From a virus (Duplodnaviria; Heunggongvirae; Uroviricota; Caudoviricetes), in the IMG/VR virus record IMGVR_UViG_3300029288_000054, positions 262,607-326,606 of that record: a stretch of DNA of 64,000 nt. The stretch is one strand, 5' to 3'. Positions 55,977 through 64,000 of this stretch are shown piece after piece. The translations under genes were made by a program, and so were the position numbers. The notes under the pieces were generated by a model. The model was given only the letters and a program-made list of their open reading frames with translations, was not told the origin of the DNA and made no database searches. How positions within the stretch are numbered: the first letter of the stretch is position 1; each line of letters begins with the position of its first letter.

Positions 55977-56270
55977 ATGGGATGTGGTGCATGTGGTGGC
56001 GGATCTGCAGCAAGGATGATGCAAAAGAGGGCGGTCGGAACACAACCAAGAGCAAAACCAGCTCCTGCGCCAATTTCGACTCCAAGAATGCGTCCAGCGT
56101 CGACTACGCGGATTGTAGTTGCAACACCAAGTCAATCGATTAAAGTCAAGCAGCAATTGAGAGATTTGAAGACATGCCCATTATGTGGATCGACTTTATC
56201 GCCAATATTATCGGGTAGTGGCGTTCGTAATCGTAAGCGATGCTCACGTTGTAATCGAACATTCATATGA
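55977..56270 (+). CDS. Small basic Cys-rich protein
   Basis: MGCGACGG start; CPLCG...CSRCN. Confidence 0.6.
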   Translation: MGCGACGGGSAARMMQKRAVGTQPRAKPAPAPISTPRMRPASTTRIVVATPSQSIKVKQQLRDLKTCPLCGSTLSPILSGSGVRNRKRCSRCNRTFI

Positions 56271-56812
56271 CAGAAATAATAGCAATCATCGGTGCTTGGC
56301 TAATTTGTGGTATTGCTGCGGAACGTGCGGCTGAAGCGATAACAGTTTCAGTATTCTTTTCGCCACTACGGCAAGCACTAGCGAAGCTTGCCTTGCTGCA
56401 ACTCTATCGCAAGAGCAATCCAAATGACACCTGGATGTCGGACGACAACACGGTTTACAGGGGTAGAATATATAGCATAGTTAAGGCGTTAGGACGGTGG
56501 GCTTCAGATCTTGTATCATGCGGTTGGTGCACGAGCTTTTGGACATCGTTCTTTTTCTCTGCCTTCCTGCCAGGTAAGTATATATCATTCGACGCTTGCG
56601 ATAATATCGTAGTGAAGGCAATAGCTCTTTGGGGACTTGCAAATCTCTACCATGCTGTATTTAGATTAATACATAATGGCCGTGTCGCTGCGGTTGACGT
56701 GAATCTTCGCTTGATCGGTCCTGAGACAGATAATTCTGGAGGTACTAATGGAGAATTTGGAGAGGGAGTTAGCCAGGAGGACTCAATCGGAGTTGAACCG
56801 CCAACGGTTTGA
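56267..56812 (+). CDS. DUF1360-like membrane protein
   Basis: Hydrophobic helices with LVSCGWCTSFW. Confidence 0.65.
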   Translation: MTEIIAIIGAWLICGIAAERAAEAITVSVFFSPLRQALAKLALLQLYRKSNPNDTWMSDDNTVYRGRIYSIVKALGRWASDLVSCGWCTSFWTSFFFSAFLPGKYISFDACDNIVVKAIALWGLANLYHAVFRLIHNGRVAAVDVNLRLIGPETDNSGGTNGEFGEGVSQEDSIGVEPPTV

Positions 56813-57272
56813 ACCGCCGGTTATCCGAACGGCCTCCGACATAAAGCGCGTTTTAGCGCAATTAGAGCCAAATTCTCGCCTTAATATCAAGACGGATGAC
56901 GTTACTCTAGCCACTAACATGATTGGTACTGATGCGAATAATCGCAACCAGACATATCATGTATCAGCTAAGACGAAAACGAGTTCTGCACGAGATGTCT
57001 TGATTGAAGGTCTAAATGTCGTCAAGCAGCGAGAGGAAACTGCGCAGGCAGTTCGTGACAAAAGAGCGGTGGTGGCCGTCAATGGGAAAGAGATGAAGTC
57101 GCCGCCAGTTATCGCTGAGAATAGTTTCTCATCGGTAGATCCGGTAATCAGCAGAACTCTTGGTGGATATCGTAGCGGCTATTTCATCCAGTGGGATCTG
57201 ATTGATGGCTTCACTTACCGTTATGATATTTACAACCATCGGCTGACTAGGTTCAAGACTGAAGCAAAATGA
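56748..57272 (+). CDS. Hypothetical protein
   Basis: 174-aa ORF with a GGAGG RBS. Confidence 0.6.
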   Translation: MENLERELARRTQSELNRQRFEPPVIRTASDIKRVLAQLEPNSRLNIKTDDVTLATNMIGTDANNRNQTYHVSAKTKTSSARDVLIEGLNVVKQREETAQAVRDKRAVVAVNGKEMKSPPVIAENSFSSVDPVISRTLGGYRSGYFIQWDLIDGFTYRYDIYNHRLTRFKTEAK

Positions 57273-57577
57273 GAGAAGTAGAATTGCCACCGTTAGCAAC
57301 CTTCAGAGCGTTATCGACGTGGACGCCGCGCTATGGTGATTTCATCATCTGGGCTGGATGGTTCAGGGTCTGGTTTGGCATCGTCAACAATTACGACTCA
57401 AAGAACGGCAAAATATCGATATTGTTTGAGGGCACGCCGCGCCTTCTGTTTACAATGACGGAAAGCGAGATGCAAAAGAGTGCTTTTGTGTTCGATCTCG
57501 ACGATATCAGAAACAATAAGCGAGGACGCTGGTATATTCAGCAAACAGTCGATGGTAGTACAATCTGGTATATCTAG
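57269..57577 (+). CDS. Hypothetical protein
   Basis: 102-aa ORF, ATGA overlap. Confidence 0.6.
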   Translation: MREVELPPLATFRALSTWTPRYGDFIIWAGWFRVWFGIVNNYDSKNGKISILFEGTPRLLFTMTESEMQKSAFVFDLDDIRNNKRGRWYIQQTVDGSTIWYI

Positions 57578-57590
57578 AATCATTCCGGCG

Positions 57591-58142
57591 ATGTTATCGC
57601 ACCCGGAACCGTTATCGGATACGAGTTTTGTGTCTGGTATGTTGTGCTATGTCGTCAAGTATTATCAGAACATTGGTATTAGCTGTCTAATATCACGTAA
57701 TGAAGGTGATGTTGCGGTATCGATGGGTGATTGGAACGGACAGACCATCGACCTATCCAATACTAAGGATTCGCTATCGCTTGTTGCTATTGACTTCCTA
57801 CAACACCAAGCAAAGCGTCTCATGGCGATATCACATGCCGCTGGTGTCAAGCAAGCTATTTATTATTTCGCTCTAGATACCGGCATACCTGTACTAGTCG
57901 ATATTAGATTGAGTTTGAATAAGTTTCTCGGGCCTGGTATGGTCAGAGATGTATTCGGTAAAACCTTCGATACGCAGCAGGTGTTGAAAATCGATGTTAT
58001 GTCAGAACAGCTATTAGAGCAGATAAAGAATGGAGCAGGAAACTTCAGTAGCGGCGTCATCATTAAGCCGAGTAGAGCGCGATTCATGGAAGTTAAGGGA
58101 CAGCCTGTACCTCTTTACGTGGGAATACCATGCTCATCATAA
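57591..58142 (+). CDS. Hypothetical protein
   Basis: In-frame ATG at 57591; overlaps the downstream kinase gene. Confidence 0.6.
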   Translation: MLSHPEPLSDTSFVSGMLCYVVKYYQNIGISCLISRNEGDVAVSMGDWNGQTIDLSNTKDSLSLVAIDFLQHQAKRLMAISHAAGVKQAIYYFALDTGIPVLVDIRLSLNKFLGPGMVRDVFGKTFDTQQVLKIDVMSEQLLEQIKNGAGNFSSGVIIKPSRARFMEVKGQPVPLYVGIPCSS

Positions 58143-58657
58143 CGTGCGGTCTCCCGGCGAGTGGGAAGTCAAAGACTATAGATATCTTAGCCAAGCATAA
58201 GAGCTATAAATGGCACATTATAAGGCCGTCTGATTGGGTCCCGGAGAACTTGGCTACCCTCGACGAGCAAACTCAACGAGAATACAATATTGGCTGTTGG
58301 TCATTGGCTTTGGAAAAATGTAAAGAAGCCATTGAACAAATATCACCGAAAGAGATCATAGTACTAGACGCGTGTAACTCGAAGATCACCACAATTTTGA
58401 CACTGATAACTGATGCGAAAGCGGCATTACACAGAGTTGTCTTATTATTTGTTCAGGCTAATGCTGATCTATGTTTAGCAAGGAATGCGAAGCTGAATGA
58501 ACCGTTGCTTCGCGATTATGTCGATAGATTTAAAACATCTCTACCAAGATATAAGAAGTGTTGTGATACTGTTTTTGTGGCCCGCAATAATGGTACTTTC
58601 GAACAACTTGAAACTGAATTATATGACATTTGGAAAACATTGTGCCAGAGTATCTAA
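58130..58657 (+). CDS. P-loop kinase (AAA_33 / polynucleotide-kinase-like)
   Basis: GLPASGKS, VLDACN and CLARN. Confidence 0.75.
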   Translation: MLIITCGLPASGKSKTIDILAKHKSYKWHIIRPSDWVPENLATLDEQTQREYNIGCWSLALEKCKEAIEQISPKEIIVLDACNSKITTILTLITDAKAALHRVVLLFVQANADLCLARNAKLNEPLLRDYVDRFKTSLPRYKKCCDTVFVARNNGTFEQLETELYDIWKTLCQSI

Positions 58658-60459
58658 ATCCGCACCCACACGACTTATACTTGGCTGGGCCTGATGGCAA
58701 CACTATCCATATACGTAAAGGGCGTCGTGTAAGACTGCCGGAATTCTTTAATCGCTATGTCAGCAAAGATGGCGGAGTCAAGGGATATCTGATCAATGTT
58801 GATAATCTGCCTGTGATACCAGCAAAAAAAGAACTTAATATATCTCGACCGCAAACTAGACCAATACAACTAAATAGGGTAGTATCGAGAGATGTTAAGC
58901 GTCCGATAGTCGGCTGTATGCGGAGAAACATCGACTCTCCTTGTTCTAAAGCTTTCACAAACAGCGCTTATGCAATTAGCAACGGCATCGGCATCGGTAT
59001 CCTGACTTACAATCGTCCATCGTCATTGCGGCGGTTGATTAATTCTATCTTAAAATTCACTGATACGTGCCGCACTACAATATTTATAAGTGATGATGGT
59101 AGCACTGACATAGAGCAAATTGCTTATTTGTCAGAACTAGAATCGCGTGGCGATATTGTCGTCCTAAAGAACCAGAAGCAGCTTGGAGTTGCAGGTAATA
59201 GCAATCGTTTAATGCATTGCCTTTCAAGATTTCCTAAGAAGATCTTGTTGAATGACGATGTTGAGATACTTAGTACAGGATGGGAAAACTTCTACTTTGC
59301 GGCGATGTATCGCACGGAGTTTCATCATTTCTGTTACCGTCAACCTGGTGTATACGGTGCAACGAAAGGCAATAGCGTCACAGTTCATGGCACAGTTTTA
59401 AGCGTTGTTGATAGTAAGCCGCATGGTGCTGTGATGGCGTTCGATCACATTGCTTTTGCGAAAGTTGGATATTTTGACGAGCAGTTCGGCCAATATGGAG
59501 TCGAACACGTCGATTGGTCTAGTAGGTTGTCCGACAGCAAGCTACAGCAGCCTGGATTTTTTGATGTAGATGGTTCAAATGCATATTTTGTAGTACATCC
59601 GGAACGCTCATCTGTCGAAAACAGGATTGAGAAGTTTAAGCATGCTAAAATCATTCTTAGCACTATCAAGACTAGGCCGACGTACGTTAATGCAAGCGAA
59701 ATGACGGTAGTACCACGAGTTTCTTGTGTCATACCGTTTCGTGAAATAAACCGCAGAGGTTCAATATTAACTGTGCTTGGAAATATTAGAGCACAGCGAT
59801 ATCCAGATATCGAAATCATCATGACTGAAGAAGATTCAGCGCCGAAGATGAAAGATATAGACTGTGCTCCAGCCAGGCATGTTTTTACTACAGGACTGCC
59901 TGGTGCTGCATTCAACAAGAGTAGGGCTTGGAACTTTGGTGTTGAGGCGTGTACATCAGACTTATTGGTTCTACATGATGCTGATACTATAGCGCCGAGC
60001 AATTATTTTCAAGCAATAGTTCGAGAGCTAGCTGAAGCAGAATCTTGCCATCTTTGTAGGCAGATTTTCTATCTCGGCTCTCAAGCTACTCACGCCATCA
60101 ACACGACAGGAATTGTAGATCGCCCTAGATATGATTATATGGTCGATTACTTTGAGGGCGGATCGGTCGCGTGTCGCCGCAAAGCGTATTGGAAGATTGG
60201 CGGTTTCGTAGAAGAATTTGTTGGATACGGCGTTGAGGACTGCGATTTCTATTTTAGACTATCAAAAGCGACTATATGGAAAGAGAACCGACATATTGAC
60301 CTATTACATCTGCATCACGATAGAGTCGACAAATGGACGATGTTTCATAATAGAAACAAAGAATTGGGCGTGAGACTGGGAGCATTGTCGTTAAATGATA
60401 GAATAGCAAGGCAGCGGCAATTGCTGATACAAAGTGGTAGAGGTCGTTGTCTAGAATAG
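58630..60459 (+). CDS. Tandem GT2 glycosyltransferase
   Basis: Domain 1: ILTYNRP, ISDDGS, LLNDD, GVEHVDW. Domain 2: VIPFR, FNKSRAWN, LHDAD, GYGVEDCDF. TTG start is uncertain. Confidence 0.8.
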   Translation: MENIVPEYLNPHPHDLYLAGPDGNTIHIRKGRRVRLPEFFNRYVSKDGGVKGYLINVDNLPVIPAKKELNISRPQTRPIQLNRVVSRDVKRPIVGCMRRNIDSPCSKAFTNSAYAISNGIGIGILTYNRPSSLRRLINSILKFTDTCRTTIFISDDGSTDIEQIAYLSELESRGDIVVLKNQKQLGVAGNSNRLMHCLSRFPKKILLNDDVEILSTGWENFYFAAMYRTEFHHFCYRQPGVYGATKGNSVTVHGTVLSVVDSKPHGAVMAFDHIAFAKVGYFDEQFGQYGVEHVDWSSRLSDSKLQQPGFFDVDGSNAYFVVHPERSSVENRIEKFKHAKIILSTIKTRPTYVNASEMTVVPRVSCVIPFREINRRGSILTVLGNIRAQRYPDIEIIMTEEDSAPKMKDIDCAPARHVFTTGLPGAAFNKSRAWNFGVEACTSDLLVLHDADTIAPSNYFQAIVRELAEAESCHLCRQIFYLGSQATHAINTTGIVDRPRYDYMVDYFEGGSVACRRKAYWKIGGFVEEFVGYGVEDCDFYFRLSKATIWKENRHIDLLHLHHDRVDKWTMFHNRNKELGVRLGALSLNDRIARQRQLLIQSGRGRCLE

Positions 60460-60469
60460 AGGGAAAATC

Positions 60470-61432
60470 ATGCGAGTCCTATTTTGTAATAAGCCTGATG
60501 GTGCTTTCGGATTCATAACCGATGGTATGATTAATGCATTAAATGACGTCGGTGTAACAACAGCTAGATGGGACGGGAAGCGTGAGACTTGGGATTCATT
60601 CTCTCCAGACGCATATATTGGGTGTAGTGGACACAGGCAACCAATACCATATAGCCCAAAGTGTAAAAAAGCTATTCATGTTAATCCGTCTGGGCCAATC
60701 CGCGTTGAGCCTGATATCAATGAAAAGCCCGACACGATCAATTGGGTCGTAGCACAAGATCCAACTGTTGTATATGGCTATGGGCATGAAAGCGATCGTG
60801 AATACTGGAGCTATTGGGATCGAAATAAGCTACCATGGGTGCCAATGGCAACTGCCGGTGACGCAACCATATTTAAGAGCACTAACGGCACTCACGATAA
60901 ATGCGATATCGGTTATATCGGCGGACGTTGGCCATATAAAGCAAAGGGGATAGATACATATTTATTGCCGGTCCTTCGAGATAAGGCAATTTCACACATG
61001 GTGTATGGCTGGGGAAACTGGCCTGCGGATTTGCCGGTAAGAAGAATAGCAGACAAAGATGTCCCGGCATTTTTGGCAAATTGCAGAATCGTGCCGTGTA
61101 TTAGTGAACCGCATACACTAGAACATGGAATCGATTTGCCAGAGCGAGCTTTTAAGGCTGCACTAAGTGGTGCTGTTATTGTGCACGACCCAGCCAAAGG
61201 TCTTGATAGATACTTACCACACGTTATAACTGCAAGCAACCCAAAAGTGTTTCATTATGAGATCAAGGGTTTATTAAAGGATCATAGTTGGCTTCCTAAA
61301 ATAGCTCAACAACAACGTGATGACGTTTTGGAGGCACATACCTATCACCACAGAATGGCGACGTTGATGTCTGCGATGGGTTTCAGTGATACGGCATCTT
61401 CTTTATTATCGGCGGTATCGAGGTTTAAATGA
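60470..61432 (+). CDS. CgeB-like GT-B glycosyltransferase
   Basis: IGYIGG, VYGWGNW, ERAFKAALSG and HTYHHRM. Confidence 0.75.
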   Translation: MRVLFCNKPDGAFGFITDGMINALNDVGVTTARWDGKRETWDSFSPDAYIGCSGHRQPIPYSPKCKKAIHVNPSGPIRVEPDINEKPDTINWVVAQDPTVVYGYGHESDREYWSYWDRNKLPWVPMATAGDATIFKSTNGTHDKCDIGYIGGRWPYKAKGIDTYLLPVLRDKAISHMVYGWGNWPADLPVRRIADKDVPAFLANCRIVPCISEPHTLEHGIDLPERAFKAALSGAVIVHDPAKGLDRYLPHVITASNPKVFHYEIKGLLKDHSWLPKIAQQQRDDVLEAHTYHHRMATLMSAMGFSDTASSLLSAVSRFK

Positions 61433-62394
61433 TCGCGATTGATTTTTCTATGCTTAGCGACAATAGGCTACCACGATGTGCTTATCAACTCGCAAACTTG
61501 GCGGAAATTGCCGACCGGATGTGTTTGCCTGTTAAGGTGGTAGTAGCACCAGGGCAATATGAGCAACATCCGATATTACGGCGTGTGAAGCACCTATTAT
61601 CGGATAATTATGATAATGTGAAAATTTATATCGCGAAATCGGACACTTTCTTCTTCGATGATAACTGGAAAAATATTGCAAACCTGCCAGCATTTAAAGT
61701 CTGCCTATGCTCATCTGATAGGCTATTCAGAGAAAATCGCATGATGTGGCAAGGCAAGCGGAGTGGGATGGGCGGGCCTGTCCAAACGCGATGCGACTTA
61801 TTTATGCCTGTTAATTGCTCTCCAGAACTATTGCGGGATTATGGCGATAAAACGATAGTTGTGGCCCATCGTCCATCAACGCAGGTCTTCGATTTATTTG
61901 CAAAAAAACATCTTGATCTCGCCTATTTAGATGACGACATTCAGACAATCAGAGACGCTTTCAAGTATGATGTCATCGGACTTGCTGGTTTTATGGGTCG
62001 TGGTGGATATGGCGAGCGTGTTCGTGTTGAGGGGATGCCTAGCTGGGTAGATTTGGTGTTGAGAGCTGACGCCGCCCCAGCACAGTATTTGAAACACCTG
62101 CTTTCCTATAATGCATGTATAGATCTACGTGGCGCTGGAGATAAGAGCTTGCGCTTCGTAGAAGCAGTGCTGTTTGGTAGGACGATCATAACAAAGCGCC
62201 AAATGTCGCCGTATCAACCGCCTCTTATCGACGGGCGTAATGCGGTGATTGTAGAAAAGTGGAGCGATCTCGACTCAAAGGTCGATTTAGGCTTATGGAA
62301 GACGATAGCTGAGAATGCGACTAGAGACTATTTAAACCACTGGTCGCAATTAGCACAGTTCAAAATGATTTTGCAAAGAGCGAATTATGGCTAG
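61429..62394 (+). CDS. Glycosyltransferase-like protein (GT-B C-terminal)
   Basis: YLKHL...IDLRGAGDKSLRFVEAVLFG...IDGRN pattern. Confidence 0.6.
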   Translation: MIAIDFSMLSDNRLPRCAYQLANLAEIADRMCLPVKVVVAPGQYEQHPILRRVKHLLSDNYDNVKIYIAKSDTFFFDDNWKNIANLPAFKVCLCSSDRLFRENRMMWQGKRSGMGGPVQTRCDLFMPVNCSPELLRDYGDKTIVVAHRPSTQVFDLFAKKHLDLAYLDDDIQTIRDAFKYDVIGLAGFMGRGGYGERVRVEGMPSWVDLVLRADAAPAQYLKHLLSYNACIDLRGAGDKSLRFVEAVLFGRTIITKRQMSPYQPPLIDGRNAVIVEKWSDLDSKVDLGLWKTIAENATRDYLNHWSQLAQFKMILQRANYG

Positions 62395-62692
62395 TATAAT
62401 CCTTGAATTTGACATTGCCGGTAAGAAAATCAGCAGATTCAATATTCGCAATCGTCCAGATGATATATTCTGGATGTGTGCTGGTGACGAGATAGGATTC
62501 GATCTGGCTGAGACGAATGAATATTTCTACGTAACCGTGTCGCGTAAGGTCTATCTTGTCGGAACGAACAAACCGTTATATGTCGTCTGTGTTCCAATAA
62601 ATTTCCAGAGCATGGATAAACTAGCCGCGACTTTGGAACAATTTCAGAAGCAGTTTGGTGATGACATGGCAATCGACGCTAAAGTTGCATGA
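62387..62692 (+). CDS. Hypothetical protein
   Basis: 101-aa ORF overlapping the upstream stop. Confidence 0.55.
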   Translation: MASIILEFDIAGKKISRFNIRNRPDDIFWMCAGDEIGFDLAETNEYFYVTVSRKVYLVGTNKPLYVVCVPINFQSMDKLAATLEQFQKQFGDDMAIDAKVA

Positions 62693-62999
62693 CCATCTCG
62701 TATTCTGGTTCGTATTCCAAAATTTCGATATCGAAATCCACTACGTTCGTCAATTTTCTTGGATAGTCTAATTTCTTAGCACGCCATCCCTTATCATCCA
62801 TCCATTCGGCGTCTCGTCTTCGCAGAACAACAGTCCCACACAACCAATTAGAGGGGAGATTCCTTTTTGCGAATTTATGAGCGACGTATGCCGAATCGAA
62901 TACCGGTACTACGGTTCCAGGTTCGTTCTTTGGCCTCATCACCAATATCGGAAGCCATTTCTCGATTGCGCATTCTGCTCTGATTTCTTGAGCAGACAT
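62679..62999 (-). CDS. Hypothetical protein
   Basis: Open frame; ATG at 62999 preferred over 63032. Confidence 0.55.
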   Translation of the reverse strand: MSAQEIRAECAIEKWLPILVMRPKNEPGTVVPVFDSAYVAHKFAKRNLPSNWLCGTVVLRRRDAEWMDDKGWRAKKLDYPRKLTNVVDFDIEILEYEPEYEMVMQL

Positions 63000-63135
63000 A
63001 TAGCCCTGCGTGCAGAAGATGCAGTACGGCACTGGTTAGCCCTATATCAGAAATTAGTTATTCGTGCAAAATTAATGTGCGGGCAGAGAACAAATAGTCA
63101 AATACAAAACCAAATTTCTATTAGGAGTTTGACCG

Positions 63136-63546
63136 ATGAGTGCACAACCAGCCAATACGTCCATTAGTGTTTATCGCAATGTGCGGGCCTATCGGAAGGC
63201 CCTGCGGCACGAGGCTGTTGCGGCCCTGACCAAGCGGTTGCGTCCGCTGATCATGAGCGTTCCTGGTGAAGAGATCTTGGTCGGTGTTCTGACCAGAGAT
63301 ACTGCCCTCCAGGACTTCAGCCCTTACTGTGGTGAAGCTCGCTTCAACGCAGGCCGTGGCTTCCCGATCGTCGTGGGTCTGTACCAAGTCAAGACCTTCG
63401 CGACTGCCCAGGAGAATCTGCCTGGCGTCGATTTCGCCTTCCAAATTGGAAGCGACAAGTTCTTGGCGAACGTCCATGCTTCGCTCAGCCGAGACATCCA
63501 GGGCGACCTGCGAAGCGACTCGATCGTTCCGCCAGTTAGCGCCTAA
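63136..63546 (+). CDS. Hypothetical protein, probably highly expressed
   Basis: AGGAG RBS, C-rich codon bias, followed by hairpins. Confidence 0.7.
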   Translation: MSAQPANTSISVYRNVRAYRKALRHEAVAALTKRLRPLIMSVPGEEILVGVLTRDTALQDFSPYCGEARFNAGRGFPIVVGLYQVKTFATAQENLPGVDFAFQIGSDKFLANVHASLSRDIQGDLRSDSIVPPVSA

Positions 63547-63609
63547 TGCCTTCACTGGCATTATGAACCCGACAGCAACAACAGCGGCCCTCAAAAGCCG
63601 CTGTTGTTG
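63544..63609 (+). terminator. Double hairpin after the 63136 gene
   Basis: TAATGCC/GGCATTA and CAACAACAGCGGC/GCCGCTGTTGTTG stems. Confidence 0.5.
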
Positions 63610-63640
63610 TATCCAAAAATAGTTCGAAGGAATCGAGGCT

Positions 63641-64000
63641 ATGCGTTATTTCGATAGAATACTATCAGAAGCTTTAGATGGAGCGGTATTAGGCAGTACA
63701 ATCTTATCTGGTCATAAACTTCAAGGTGAAATCAAGAAACTATTCGTTTTATGGGGGCGAGAGCACAATCAAGATAAACAAGACCAAATTGCTGACGAAA
63801 TAAAAGCTCTCAGGACTGAAGACAATAAAGATGAATGGGATAAGTATACTATAGATCTATTTCAGAGAAACGCCCATAATGATAAATTTATAAACGCTAT
63901 GAAGAAGAAGTCGCAGCGTGACGATGAGGGTGACGACAAAGGCGACAAGAAGGATAAGAAGGATAAGGACAAAATAGAAAATCTTGCTACTTGGGCGCTT
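63641..64000 (+). CDS. Partial CDS running off the window end
   Basis: Manual translation is open for 120 codons: MRYFDRILSEALDGAVLGSTIL...DKKDKKDKDKIENLATWAL. GAGG RBS. Confidence 0.7.
   Translation, partial: MRYFDRILSEALDGAVLGSTILSGHKLQGEIKKLFVLWGREHNQDKQDQIADEIKALRTEDNKDEWDKYTIDLFQRNAHNDKFINAMKKKSQRDDEGDDKGDKKDKKDKDKIENLATWAL

Noticed and set aside
57591-58657. RNA ligase + polynucleotide kinase RNA-repair pair
   Set aside because: The 57591 product has only a GVIIKP resemblance to ligase motif IV and lacks a KxDG motif I, which is too weak to call.
1-64000. CRISPR array, IS element or integrase
   Set aside because: No regularly spaced 25-45-nt repeats with unique spacers, and no transposase or integrase motifs were seen.
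1-64000. Stop-codon reassignment (alternative genetic code)
   Set aside because: Conserved genes (recA, helicase, dut, UDG) are full length in the standard code, and TAA, TAG and TGA all terminate genes at sensible boundaries.

Overview
The window looks like a densely coded segment of a large dsDNA bacteriophage genome read with the standard code. It carries T4-like replication and recombination genes (gp32-like SSB, DnaB/gp41-like helicase, RecA, UvsY-like, SbcD/gp47-like nuclease, 5'-3' exonuclease, resolvase), a split DnaE, a short PolA, dUTPase, family-4 UDG, a DinG-like helicase, an actin-like ATPase, a GroES-like protein, fibre/adhesin genes and at least 8 glycosyltransferase genes. The host cannot be determined from the sequence. 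Two systems stand out. (1) A conserved-looking helical-protein gene (2698-3435) is followed by a ~370-nt non-coding RNA with two tandem circularly permuted tRNA-like modules (T-arm, loop-closed acceptor stem, D-arm). The first module is closed by a Y-RNA-like stem. A terminator and a Zn-deaminase gene follow. (2) Two paralogous Cys-rich proteins with mucin-like Ser-Pro and Thr-Pro tracts lie directly upstream of a glycosyltransferase cluster. One enzyme has the motif set of eukaryotic polypeptide GalNAc-transferases (GT27) and is fused to a Maf/MptE-like domain; Gly-X-Thr collagen fibres lie further downstream. Together these suggest a phage mucin-type O-glycosylation pathway. All family assignments are by-eye motif recognition; no database search was run.
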